Below the pieces are notes generated by a model. That model was not told the DNA's origin and searched no databases. It saw only the letters and a list, made by a program, of their open reading frames with translations. This document shows positions 1-13,400 of a stretch of DNA of 64,000 nt, in pieces. Numbering within the stretch: position 1 is the first letter of the stretch; the number at the start of each line of letters is the position of its first letter. A program made the position numbers and the translations under genes. The stretch comes from Eledone cirrhosa. Its lineage: Eukaryota. The DNA is taken from assembly GCA_964016885.1 (NCBI GenBank), contig OZ024756.1, positions 35,092,001 through 35,156,000 of the forward strand. Direction: 5' to 3'.

Positions 1-231
1 TTTAACTGAAACACCATGTCTGATGAGTAGATCAATACTGGAGTTGGGTTGAAAACATCCATATATACCTTGAGCCAATCAACTGTGAAACGTGTGACTG
101 GTCAAAAATCAATAAAAATATTTATGTGAAATTTCATCGTGTTAAACTTGATAGATATACTCTGCTTCAGCATAGAGTGCTAATACTGGTACCACCTCCA
201 GTAATCCATAAAATTACTGAATAATCGAAAC

Positions 232-262
<31 letters not shown>

Positions 263-450
263 AAATATATGCATATATACATAAATGGCGATGCCCCAGC
301 ATGGCCTCAGTCAGTCGGCTGGAATACATAATTCAGGGAGAGATAGATAGATAGATAGAGAGGGAGATAGAGAGAGAAAGAGATAGATCTCAATTGTCAA
401 TAATTTTAAAAGTATACTTCATCCCAATCAGTAAAAAAAGATATTCATAG

Positions 451-3358
451 TTAAGAACATTCTGTGCGGGTTGTCATCATATTTCCAATCCTCTGAGTTA
501 CTGTTCTACATCTTTGGCCACCTGAAACAAATTTAAGGAGAACGTATTGAGTAAAGTGTGGGTGATGTGGAGTGAAGTGTGGGTGGTGTGGAGTGAGTGA
601 AGTGTGATTGTGATACTGTGTGAAGTGAGGTGTGGAGCAAACTATAGGCAGTACTGAGTGAAAATGAGGGTGGGAGTGAGTTAAGTGCACCCAGTACACT
701 CTGTAAAGTAGTTGGTGTGAGGAATGGCAACCATCCAAAGAAACAATGCCAAAAAAGGAACATATTTAAGGGAGATCTATCTAAGAGGACAGTATCTCTG
801 ATAAAATAAATAGTAACCTGGTCTGCAATGACCTGTTCAACCTATGGAAAATTAGATGTAAAATGGTGGTGATAATGATAACTGTGGTAGTGATGTGTCA
901 TTTTCAGGTTTACTAAATTCAAACTTTGTTTTTTTGGGGTTAGTTTATATGTTGAGTCCAATCTTGGTGGTAGTACTGGTGCCACAATGCAAAGCACCCA
1001 GTCTACTCTGCAAGGTGGTAGTGCTGGTACCACAATGAAAAGTACCCTGTCTACTCTGCAAGGTGGTCATGCTGGTACCACAACAAAAAAGCACCCAGTC
1101 CAGCCTATTAGGTGGTAGTGGTGGCTCCATGATAAAAGCTTGCAGTACACCTTTCAATGAGGCTAGCAGTAGGAAGGGCTTCCAGATGTAGAAATTAAGC
1201 CCTAAAACACATCCGTATGAGCAGGATGTGGTCAGTTAACCTGGCTAGTCTCGAAATAACACCCCGTCAAACCCATGCAAGCATGGAAAATAGACACATT
1301 AAATGGTGATGATAATGACGATGAAAATTGTTCCACTCACCTGCTGAATGTGATGAACTAAAAAAGCTGTTCATATTTTCACTGTATTTAGCGTGAGGCT
1401 GTTCAAATATCTCTTCAAACTGATCAAAACTAAAAAAGTCATCGTTGTCTTCACCATCGCCAAACAGGTCATCGAATTTAAAAAAAGAATCATCGTCGTT
1501 GATTTTTATGTACTGCCCCCCGCCCCCCCTGCCCTGGGAGTTCTGATTGCTGCGATGACTCGATGAAAAGAAATTATCAAATGTTGAACCAAATAGATCT
1601 TCAAAATTGAAAGTATGTGCTGAGTTAGAGAAGTCATCCTGACTATCTCCAGTGTCACCAAATCTGTCATAGCGTTCCTTTTTCTCTTTGTTAGACAATA
1701 TCTCATATGCTTTAAAAGGAAAAGAAAACAAAAAATTAGAGATAAATGTAAAAAAAAAAAAAAAACAAGAAAAAATATCAAGTGTGTATATGTGTATGTA
1801 TGTGCTTGTCTCTGTATGACACTTTAAAGTGTCTGCGTGAATATGTGTGAGTGTATGTGTGTGAGTGTATATGTGTGAGTGTATATGTGTTTATCTCTGT
1901 ATGACACAGATTAAAGCCCATATGCATATGTATAAGTATGCATATGTATGAGTGTGTATGTGTTTGTGCTTGTCTCTGTATGACACTATTTAAAGCATGT
2001 GTATGTGTGTACAATATTTAGAAAAAAACTACTTCAAAAAAGTCTCATCCAGCCCATGCCAGAATGGAACCTTACTCATTCACTCACTGTTCCCTCAACA
2101 CCTGATACTGCATAAAAAAAAAGACAGATCCTTCGATTTCCTTATGAATAATATGACCCTGTTAGCAAAATATTCTTGAAAAGTACAAAACAGCTCTATG
2201 ACTGCATCATATTAAAAATTGAAGTTGTTAGTCTAATACTGAAAATTTTCACATTTCATCTACAAATCCATACTATAAACATTTGAATTAACATTAGGAA
2301 TAAGAGGGATCAGATGCTGTTTACTTGAGAGAAGACTACGTTGGTATGGTCACGTGTTGCGCATGAAAGACGACAGTATAAAAAAGTGCAGGGCGATCAA
2401 AATTGATGGTAGTTACGGAGTAGGTAGACCCAGAAAAACCTGGGACGATTTGATAAATTCCGACCTTACACCTCTCTCAGACAATGTCACTGGACAGAGA
2501 TCTTTGGCACCACGCAGTAATACAGAAGACCTGCCTTGCCTATATACAAAGCGAAACCTACAGTCAGTAGGCACCTCTTAACCAAATATACACCCCAACT
2601 CACTACCCCTACTCCACCCTCCCACTTCCACCACCCTTTCTCTGTAAAGTTATGTTGGTACCACAACATCCAGTCCAAACTAATGAGGTCGTGTAGGTGT
2701 CACGATAAAAAACACACAGTGCACGCTGTAATGTGGCCGTGTAGGTAACATGGTAAAAAGCTCCCAGTCCACACTGTAAATGTGGTTGGTGTTAGGAATG
2801 GCATCCAACCGTAGAAAACCTGCCAGACAGCCCTATACGAGCGAGTCACGGTCACCCGACCAATCTTGCCTCTAGTGGGACAATTCCCGTCTAACCCATG
2901 TTAGCGTGGAAGATAGACGTTAAACGATGATGATGATGATGATAAAACTACACTAAAAAAAAATTAAGCCTTTAATTTTCACGATGATCTGTCCACCAAT
3001 AAAGATATTATAAACAGTTATTTACAAATCTATCTTTAGATATTTTTTGCCAAATCGTTGCAGGATCTTAAGAGTTAAGATATAAAACACTCACAAAACA
3101 AAGAAATGTTCAGAAAATAACAATCCTCTTACCTTTGCTAATTTCTACAAATTTTTTTTCAGCTTCAGGATTATCTTTATTTTTATCTGGGTGATATTTC
3201 AGAGCTAATTTTCTAAAGCCACTCCTGATTGTCTTCTGAGAAGCTCCGTGTTTTACGCCCAGGATTTCGTACAGGTCTTTCTGTGGCTCCACTGAGAGTG
3301 CCTCATGAACAAGGACACTCGAGACAGCAGTGAAAAACAACATTTTGTTAAAATACAT
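451..3358 (-). CDS. DNAJB9: DnaJ homolog subfamily B member 9 (ERdj4), 3 coding exons, ~221 aa
   Basis: Exons 3358-3133, 1709-1341, 521-451 (GT-AG, phase 1/1, 666 nt). Signal peptide, J-domain with HPD ([12 protein letters not shown]), G/F-rich region, and C-terminal [19 protein letters not shown] like the ERdj4 CRTVTQRRGNMVTTYTDCS motif. An acceptor at 3374 implies an upstream non-coding exon. Confidence 0.93.
2290..2943 (+). mobile_element. RTE LINE 3' fragment
   Basis: [20 protein letters not shown], then 3'UTR and (GAT)n tail; near-identical to 50385-50915. Confidence 0.85.
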
Positions 3359-3778
3359 TTTTTAAACTTTAATCTGAAAATAAAATAAAATAAAAAACGA
3401 GAGATGTTATTAATAAATATAATGATGCACATGGATGATGATTGATGGGTAAAGAATTGCCAAGAAAAGCCAGTGGAAGCAATCCACAGTAGAGGTAGAC
3501 TAATAAAAACCTGGGCAGAGGTGATGAGAACTAACCTCAAATTGCTGAGACTCGCAGAGGAAATGATAAAGGTATGTGGCAAGTGGAGAGATGCTGTGCT
3601 GAGAAGGACCCATCCAACCTATGCAAGCATGAAAAAACGAATGTAAAATATATATATATATATATATTGCTTAGTCAGGAATGGGGGCAGTGCCATTGAC
3701 CTTTTTCAGAATGTCCAAAGGTGACTGGAGGAAGTTATCCTTAACACAGAGACTTGTACTGCCGAATATTTCCAATAG

Positions 3779-4112
3779 GGGGCCAGACAAGACTAGATAA
3801 TAATAACCTTATTGTGTTTGGTTTCTTATTACAAGGGGCCAGACAAGACTAGATAATAATAACCTTATTGTGTTTGGTTTCTTATTACAAGGGGCCAGAC
3901 AAGACTAGATAATAATAACCTTATTGTGTTTGGTTTCTTATTACAAGGGGCCAGACAAGACTAGATAATAATAACCTTATTGTGTTTGGTTTCTTATTAC
4001 AAGGGGCCAGACAAGACTAGATAATAATAACCTTATTGTGTTTGGTTTCTTATTACAAGGGGCCAGACAAGACTAGATAATAATAACCTTATTGTGTTTG
4101 GTTTCTTATTAC
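3779..4112. repeat. 56-bp minisatellite, ~6 copies
   Basis: GGGGCCAGACAAGACTAGATAATAATAACCTTATTGTGTTTGGTTTCTTATTACAA repeated. Confidence 0.95.
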
Positions 4113-4329
4113 ACCGTTAGTAATGTAATATAATTGTTTCTACTTTAGGCACAAGGCCAGCAATTACCCAGTGCATTACTAGTACTTTATTTTATCGACC
4201 CCGTAAGGATGAAAGGCAAAGTCAACCTCGGCGGGATTTGAACTCAGATCGTAAAGGGACGTAACTATGCTGGAAAGCATGGCGTCCGACCCTCTACCGA
4301 TACTGCCAATCCACCGTTAGTAATGTAAT
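4112..4329 (-). mobile_element. tRNA-derived SINE with target-site duplication
   Basis: Minus strand has A-box TGGCAGTATCGG and B-box GAGTTCAAATC; direct repeat CACCGTTAGTAATGTAAT at 4112-4129 and 4312-4329. Related copies or fragments at ~5620-5808, 7450-7580, 10230-10380, 19660-19815, 21590-21950, 26565-26700, 42665-42715. Confidence 0.85.
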
Positions 4330-6992
4330 GTGATATAATATAATATATACATAGCAGAGAGATAGGCTTGTAAACTTAGACCTAGATTAAAACAGCAACA
4401 GCTATAAATAACAGAATTTCGGTGTCAATGAGACAAGAAAGAGAGTTATCATGGGGTTTAAAAAGGCAGTTATAACAATTTATTTGGTCAGTGATCTTCA
4501 GAAAAGAGAGGCGGGGGAGAGAGAAAGAGAAAACTTTTGAAGTAGTTTTGTACTGAGAGAAATGTGGTGACATGTTAAAATTCTCTCAGCAACAGCACCA
4601 CCGCCAGCACTACTACAACCACCTGACATATCAAGTTGACATATGTCGTCCAATTCTGTCAGTGTTACTTAGTATATAAGGACAACTTTTGTCATTGAAC
4701 CTGCAGCAGTGGATACTTCTGGTTTTCTTGGTCCTCTGTACCACCTGCTTACTCACTGCTATCGAGGTAGAGTTGGCCTCCCGCTGGAGTGAGGCCCGGT
4801 AGTTGGAATGGCTATTTCAATGCACCTCCCTCTCTATCCTCTGGAGACAACGCTTTCTTCAGTCTGTTGCCTGAGACCATTAAGCAGTTTGCACCTGGGG
4901 TTCTTGTGGTGTATTCTTTCTCATATTTTTGTTGCATTTAGACTCACAGTTGGAAAGCTAGCCATGAAAAACAACAAGGGCACCTCTTGACTAGGCCCTG
5001 GCATCAACTATGTCAGCCTTATGAATAATACGGCCCTATTAATAGTGTACACGATGGACCTAAAAGTAACATATAGCTAATATAGCTAGAACTTGAGGCG
5101 AAGAGGTTCCCCTCAAGACTAGCCGACCGGATCCTCATTCAGTGAGTCCTAGCCATGACTGGAGTGCAGGTTTACTAGATATCAGGGTTGACCTGAAGCT
5201 AAACAACACCAACTGGCGAGGATGACACCAGAAAATGCAAAATGTTTAGCGCTCTCTATTGTTGTTGTTTAGCCCCAGGTTAGCCAATAAATTAGCAAAC
5301 CTTTTATCAATGAAAACCATGACCATCGTCTTGTGACTATGACTACATTATCCAATGTGCCTTTATATACCAACCAGGCAAAAACCGGCTCTAGTTCCAC
5401 GAAAAGAAAAAATCCCTTTAAAAGGTACCTATTTAAATTAAAATCTCCCAACATAATTTTATATAAGTTCCATATATTTAGTTTACTATCTCAGTAAATC
5501 GCTTTAAAATACTTCATTAATCCATTGCAACAGAGTGTCCCGAACGATTAAGTCACTAGGATATGATTAGGGAGACTTAGCTGCCATATACAGCAGGTCA
5601 AGTGACAACGTTAAAGGCACGGCTGTATTCGGTGGAGGGTCGGACGCCATGCTTTGCAGCACAGTGTTACGGCCCTTTACGGTCTGAGTTCAAATCCCAC
5701 GGAGGTTAACTTTGCCTTTCATCCTTATGGTTGTCGATAAAATAAGCACCAGTAAATGCACTGGGGTAATTGCTGGCTTTGTGCCATAAGTAGAAACAAT
5801 TATTATTAAGCCTTGACTAAGCTTCAGCCAAGAGGTCCTTCAGAAAATATGGGCCCTTTTTTTCATTTATTTATTTTGCCGTAGTGGAGTGAAAGACTGG
5901 AGTTCCAGAGAGATCCCCAAAATATATGAAAGCAAATTCGGCATTGGTTGAGGGAGTTGTAAATATTATTTCGTTATTGAAACACTTTCATTACAAACCG
6001 TGATTTCTTTGTGAGTTTATAAGATGTTTGTTTTTTCCTGTTTATTTTGTGGCGTCGAAATATTTAACGTTGATGATTTATTGTCATAATAAGAATAGGA
6101 GGAAGACTTTGGTTTATACCGCTCATTCATTTTGATTCTTAGTTCTTTGGTCTTCTCAGATAACCAGATTAACAAAACACATTGAAAACAGTTGTTTAAC
6201 AAAGGGAGTTGATTTAAGATGTAAAATACTGTTAAAGGCTGAAAACAATACACATCATGGAAGCAGAAATATTCTCGACTTCGGCATTGACTACTTTTCC
6301 ATCGTGTTTACAAACCCATACGTACGGATATATATGTATAAAGACGATCGCCAAACAGATACCACATATACATATACGATTATATTCACTTTTGTAGCAG
6401 TATATATCTATTAAATGTCAAAGGTATTCGTCTCTTCGAGATGTGTGTGTGTTTGTGTGTCTAGATGACTGTTTTTATATATACGTGTGTTTCAAAAGAC
6501 TTCGGCTCTATATCTACGAGCCGGCCACTAGTACACTAACTATATATGTGCGTGTGTGTATGTGTGTTTATTGTATATAAGCATATCATATATACCTTAA
6601 TACAGTAGCATATAGAGTATCGGTGACCAGGCCATCATAATGTACTATGACGGATGACGACACACGCGCAACATATATTTCTTTAAACCTTTCTGTCTCC
6701 TACGGAGCACTGGGCGATTATATAACAAATAATATACTATAACAGAATAATAAAGTAAAGTGAATGTGGGTATGGTGTGGTGTGCGGTGACCGGAGGCTG
6801 GGGAGTGCTCGACCGGAACCACAGTGAATACATTATATTATGTGTGTCTGAAATAGCTACAATGTCTCCACCAAAATGTAAAATAAATTTGAAAGTAAAG
6901 ATGTTATACAATTAATCTTGTGATTATATATATATGTATCATAAACAACAATCGTTGTCAGACCCTCCCCCTATCTATCTATCTATCTATCT

Positions 6993-7027
<35 letters not shown>

Positions 7028-10000
7028 AATGAAAGGTATAGAAAGTATTGTAGCAAGAAGCCAACAGTATTCCATAATATATAAGTGACTATAGCGTCAA
7101 AATGGGAAAAATAATTCAAACTCAATTCAAAAAGAATCAGGATACAGATTTATCCAACAGAATTTAGTGAAATCCAGGGAAAAATAAATAGAGCCTCACC
7201 TTATGATAAAATAAAGTTTAAAATACTCATCCTTCAATTTGGGACAACTAAAAATGCTCTGTATAGTCTTTATATATATATAATCCATCCATGGACCCTT
7301 AACTATAGAAGGAATCGTAGGGACGCCGTCGTGACATACGGCGTGTCTAGGGCATTCGAACTTGGCGGATTTCTTTCGGGGAAGAAGGAAACAGAGAATA
7401 AGAGAAAGTGAGCAAGAGACTAAGGGGGAATATCAACTCCAATAATGGACTGGTACTTTATTTATCGACCACGAAAGGATGAAACGCAAAGTTAACCTCG
7501 GCGGAATTTGAACTAAGAGCAGAGAACCGGAAGGAATACTGCAAACCATTCTACCCGATGTTCTAACCACTTTGCCAATTCAATGCCTTCACACACACAC
7601 ACATATATATAATATGTGTGTGTGTGTGTGAAGGCATTGAATTATATATATATATATATCAGTATGTCCATATTTCAATTATTTCTTTCACCCTGTTTAC
7701 GGCTACAAAATCATTTGGTGGATAATCGTAAATATAATGTATATTGTTTTGTTGATTTCAGTCATTAGACTGTGGTCAAACAGGAGTATCGCTTTAAAGT
7801 GACCTGGTCAACCACACTACTTATATAGATTATATGTATAGAGAAAAAGAGAAAGAACCATATATCTTATGAGGACAGTATCTTGTATACATACCACACA
7901 CATATATCCAGGAAGAATACGAACTTCAGAAAGATATATATTGTTAATCAAGGATGTTTATTAAGAAAGTTCCTTGTATTGTATGGATGATAGTTCACAC
8001 CCGAACTACAACACACCTCTATATTACATAAGTTATATTATGTTATTTATCTGTTGGGGTGTGGTGTGTATGTGTTGTAGTTGTGAATCAACCAAAGAAT
8101 TGACACGAAATATCCCGGTCAACACAGATTGGAGAAGAATACTAAATGGAACAATGAACTATAAACTAAACAGAATATTTATATACACATACACTATGTG
8201 TATATTTGAAAGAACAAAGAAACCACGAGAAGATTGTGTTTAAAATATGATGGAAATCTTCGTTAAACGAATACAGATAAAAAAAGAAATCTATGAGAAT
8301 GACTGTGATTTGTGGAGTGTAAATATAATCGTGTCATTGCTTACCTCAGTTGACAATCGTCAGAGAAGATAAGAGATTCAACACTGAGGAAGTGAAACCT
8401 TGGCTAATAATATATACTGACTGACAGGAAGAGAGAGAGAGAGTAAGACATTGTGTGAGACGGAGAGTAATATGGGATAGAGAGACAGTATGAGAGAGGA
8501 AAGATAGAAAGACAGAGCGATATAACAGAGGGAGAGAAAAATGGAGTAAAAGAATACAGAGAAGAGTGAGAGGATTTATGGAAAGTGGAAGAGAGAGAGT
8601 AAAGAGACAGTAAGAGGGGGATGTTAAGGAGGAGAAAATACCTCTACAACTTGAGGCTTCTGCAACGTCTATCTTTTTCATTGGTCAATACTGAACACGT
8701 GACTACAAGATGATGCACTTTAGCAATTTATAGAGAAATGGTGTGATAAGAATTTATCTTTTCTGGCACACTTTGCGGCTATTTTTTATTTTTCTTAACA
8801 GCAGAACCCTAGTTATATAGATGAGGATGGTGATGATATATATTGGCAACGAGAATCGTCAGTTAATAAGTTTCTCCCTCATACACGTCTACAATTTCGT
8901 TTAAATTTGAGTATATGTAATTTCTAACTGCAAATTTTCTGTAGCAGAAGTTGATTCTCAGATCAAATATCGTTGTAATAGTTGGTACAGTATATGCCTC
9001 TGTGTGTGGGGATATATATAAGTCGATCAACAAGATCCCAGACCTCATTCATGGAGTAGAACTTGTCAAATCAGACTGAGGAAACAATGTCGCCATTGGT
9101 CTTTCCAATTGTTAATACTATCTACTGGTCACAAATCCAGGCAGAAGGAGCATCGTGAAATAGAGTGTCTTGCTCAAGACATAATGCATCACCTGGTCAG
9201 GGAATCGAGCTCACAACCTCACAATTGCAAATTCAATTCTCTAAGCACTCAGCCATGCATTCTAGACTATAAAATCTACTCGAATTTCCTTAATTATAGA
9301 GGACTATGTTGAATAATGGTCTTACTAGCCTCAATAATTTCAGTTAACAATTTGGTATACCAAGGAACCTAAGTTTTGACAGTTCTTGCTCTGACCACAT
9401 TAAAATTTTTTTTATTAAGCTTGCATTTCCTACTATACAGCCTTCACTCACCTATGCCAAATCACGCAACAAATTATAACATCTCTCCACCACTTGGATA
9501 TTTCCATGATGTTGCTACACAGTAAAGATGCTTAGCGATTTATTTATTGATCGCAGGAAATTATTATATATTTAAATATACAAATTTGAATAAAACTATT
9601 GTCCTTTGACGTCTGTAGTTCAGGTAGCTGCCTTGTTGGCATAAATGGTAGCGGCACTCCTTCAAACAGGGCCAGTAAAACAAGTGAATGTAGTAGTAGA
9701 AAAAAACAAAACAAACTATATAGAAAGAAATATTCTTCTAATTACTTTTATGCTATTTATATTCAGCCTTGGATTAAAAAAAAAAACATTTGATATCAAA
9801 TTGCCTGGTATTATGATAAAACACTGTTTTAAAGCATTCATATTTATCTAAAAACCTTGACATAATTTTAATTAAGAATCTTTGTTAGGTTATGTTCCAA
9901 CAACTAGATAAATGATGAAAAAATTATTTTAGTCAGGAGTCAGGAATGAGAAATGAAGAATTCTTACTGGCAACCTTAAAATAACTTTTTGTTTACTAAC

Positions 10001-10402
10001 CTTAACCCTAACACACAAAGAAACCAATAGCAAGATTGGACGGATGCTTTACTGGAAAAGACCTGTCCAACCCATACAAGTATGGAAAAGCAAATATAAA
10101 ATGATGATGATATAGAAAAGCATTTCAGAACAAATTTCTTCAGTTTTTGATAAATAAATAACTTAATTTTTTTGAATTTTATTAGAAATCAAAAACTATT
10201 CATGATAAATGGTAATAAATAGTAATAATAATAATTGTTTCTACTTTTGGCACAAGGCCAGCAATTACCCAGTGCATTACTGGTACTTTATTTTATCGAT
10301 CTCGTAAGGATGAAAGGCAAAGTTAACTTCGGCAGGATTTGAACTCAGAACATAGAATGTTGTAACTAAATACCGCAAAGCAATAATAATAAGTGTTGAT
10401 TG

Positions 10403-13400
10403 TTATTCTGAATATCCGTATAGCTGCCCTTCCAAAAGTGCCCGTTCAGCATCCCTGGAAGCTTTCCGCGGTATTCTACCAACAGGTTCCAAATCATTGT
10501 AGCATTTATCAAAGACTTCATTGACAATTTCTAATGCTGCTTCATTGGATATGTTCCGTACGACAACGATGGATTTTACAGCTTGCTGCTTCACACAGTC
10601 CTAGGGAGAGACACACAGACAGATAGATAAAAATAAATAGCAAAATCATTTTCCAAATAACTGTGAATATGAAATAGATAAAACAATATAAAATGGAAGT
10701 AAACAAAAAGTTACATATTTTAACTCCTTCATTACCATATTTCTAATGAAAAACAATGCTTATGATTTTAAAATCGTTTTAGCAATAATCCAGAATTTGG
10801 ACATGTTTCATCATCATCATCGTCGTTTAACGTCCATATTCCACGCTTATTAATATAATTAACTTTCATATTATTGAAATAGTATTTGAAATAAAATGTA
10901 ACCAAGGTACTTACATAAAATTAGGATGAACGGTTTTAGTTAAATAAGTTAAAAAGATGAGAGAAGTGTAAAGAGAAAGGTGTAATCGTAAAACCAGGGG
11001 TAGTTTTAGGCAATTTGATATCAAAAGCCTTAATTAGTATTCTTCATTAGAAACACAGTCTCAAGGAAGAGTCTAAAACAATTTAACTGAAAACATTTTT
11101 TTTTACTTTTAACCCTTTCAGCATTTATATTACACTATATTTACTATCATATTTTCATGGTAAAGGCTTTACCTCACAAAATATCGAATGAGATTTTGAT
11201 ATTATTTAAAATATAGAACAATACCTTAACATCAGTATGAGCGGCGAGTTACAGCCAGATTGAACAGAAAGAGGTGAGAGAATTCTGGCCGTATATGACC
11301 AGTTTAAATGCTAAAGGGTTAAATCAAATAAACAAGAAAGTGGATGAAAACTTGAATGACTTACCGCATGTTTCTGTTTGATGTTAAATGGTGAAGCTGA
11401 TCCAGATGACACAGCAGCCATATATGAACAATGCATGAAGTTGGCAGCGCGAATCTGTTGAAGGTTGTGGTGGGACAGAGAGAGAGAATCAATAATTTAT
11501 ATTTTAGAGTAAAAATAAATAGCAGTATGGCATTTTATTTAACACTCTGACATTCAAGAAATAATACTAATTCCTAATTTAAACACAACACCATCAAATT
11601 TGGGTGAAGGGCCAAGTTCATTAAATTGAACCCGGTAGTTTATTTTATCGGCCCCAGAAGGATTAAAAGCTAAGTTGACCGTAGCGAGACTTTAATTCAG
11701 AACATAAAGGGCTGTAACTGAATGCTCTTCCTATTACCAACCAATTTACAGGAGTATACTAACATTAACACAAAGAAGTTTATGACAGCAAATGTGAAAT
11801 AATTCCAGTGGAATAAGTAATAGCTGTTAAGATGTCCTAATTTACAATATAGAGAAGAGAGACAGATATTAATGTAGAAGAATGTAACTTTAGATGTAAT
11901 GACAGTCAAATATTCAACCAGTTGTCCTGATATTTGCATGTCTAAATAAAAAAAAACAGCAAACCAAAAGTTGTTTTATTTAGCAACAGGGAGCTATTTT
12001 AATCCCTTTGTTACCATATTTCTAATGAGAAACACCGCCTGTGATTTTCAAATATTCAAGAATTTGGAGTGATTTAGTAATATAACTAACTTTATAGTTA
12101 TTAAGTTGGTGTTTGGAACATAATAGCAAATATGATGGAAAGTTTATAGCTAAACATAAACACTCAGTTATGTCCCTTTATATTCTGAGTTTGAATCCAA
12201 TGGAGGCGTAGCAGGGGGTTAGTGTTGCGTGCAAAAATAGGGAAGAGGGTAGGGTGAGGAGTCACTCTTGGGCCCAAGCCTGAAGACATAAAATTCTATC
12301 TGGCTTATTATGCCTCTTAATTAAGGTGACGTGGGGTACTAGACGTATCTTTCCTCCAGAAATGAAAATTACATCTCACACCTATGTAGGATTAGCTGGC
12401 CTCCTACAAGGTTTCTTGGGTGTTGTAATAAGGGGCTCCAGTCCTATCATAAAAAGCAATGTGAAACAAAGCATCTTGGTCAAGAACACAACCCACCACT
12501 CAATCCAGGAATCGAGCGCACAATCTTATGATTTGCAAGTCTAACATCTTAACCATTAGGCCACACACTTTCACTACTGAGACCCCTTGCTCTGCCATTG
12601 TTTCAGGGTGGATAAAATAAAGTAACAATCAAGTGCTGAGGTAAAGTTATGTAGCTCTGTTGAAATTCAATAATATTTATTGATTAGGGAAACAACAGCT
12701 GTTTAGAGACGGAAGAAGAAACAGATGTGTTTAGTTGACATAAATGAACAAACACACCAGTTTGTGTAAACAACATGGTTTCTGTAGATACACAAATGTG
12801 TTATTGGGTAGAACAGGGGGCCCTAAAGAAGTCAATTGTGTTACAAAGGAAGGAGGAGAGGGGTGGTAGCTGAATTTTGGGCCCAAACCAGACATTTGTA
12901 AAAGAAATCAAACTACATAAAATACAATTCAAATACAACTTGCTTCTATATAAATCAGGTTTCTGATTTATATATATATTTAGTCTTTATTGGCTATTAA
13001 CTTTATATTCTCTTTACTATTCCTTCTTTGCCCACTTAATCCTGGGAGGGTCGTGAGGGCAAAGTCTTCAAACTCTCCTTCCAGCAGGTCCTCTTTACTG
13101 ATTTATTTTTCTACATTTCTTGGTCAATGAGAGGTCAGGGATTCTATGAAAGGGTTGACTGTCTAAAAAATTGGGGGCAGGTGGTCTCTGTTCTAAGTAG
13201 TTAATCTGTGGACATTAGAGCATAGGGCACAATATCTTGCAGTATTTGTTCTCACTCTCTGCACTTTGAGTCCAAATCCTGCTGAGGTCAACAATGGCTT
13301 CAATTCTTTCAGGGCTGATAGCGTAAAGTAACAGTGAAGGGTGTTAGATTGGCAGAATTGTTAAAGCATTGGAGTATTTGTTTCAGCTCTTTGTGTTCTG

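Noticed and set aside
3779-4112. Possible CRISPR-like arrays (also 17306-17911, 40815-41650)
   Set aside because: Head-to-tail repeats with no unique spacers, in a eukaryotic context with no cas genes.
12265-12295. Twister-like GGCCCAAGCC motif
   Set aside because: Lacks the upstream UAA/P2 and downstream GGAGGG elements.
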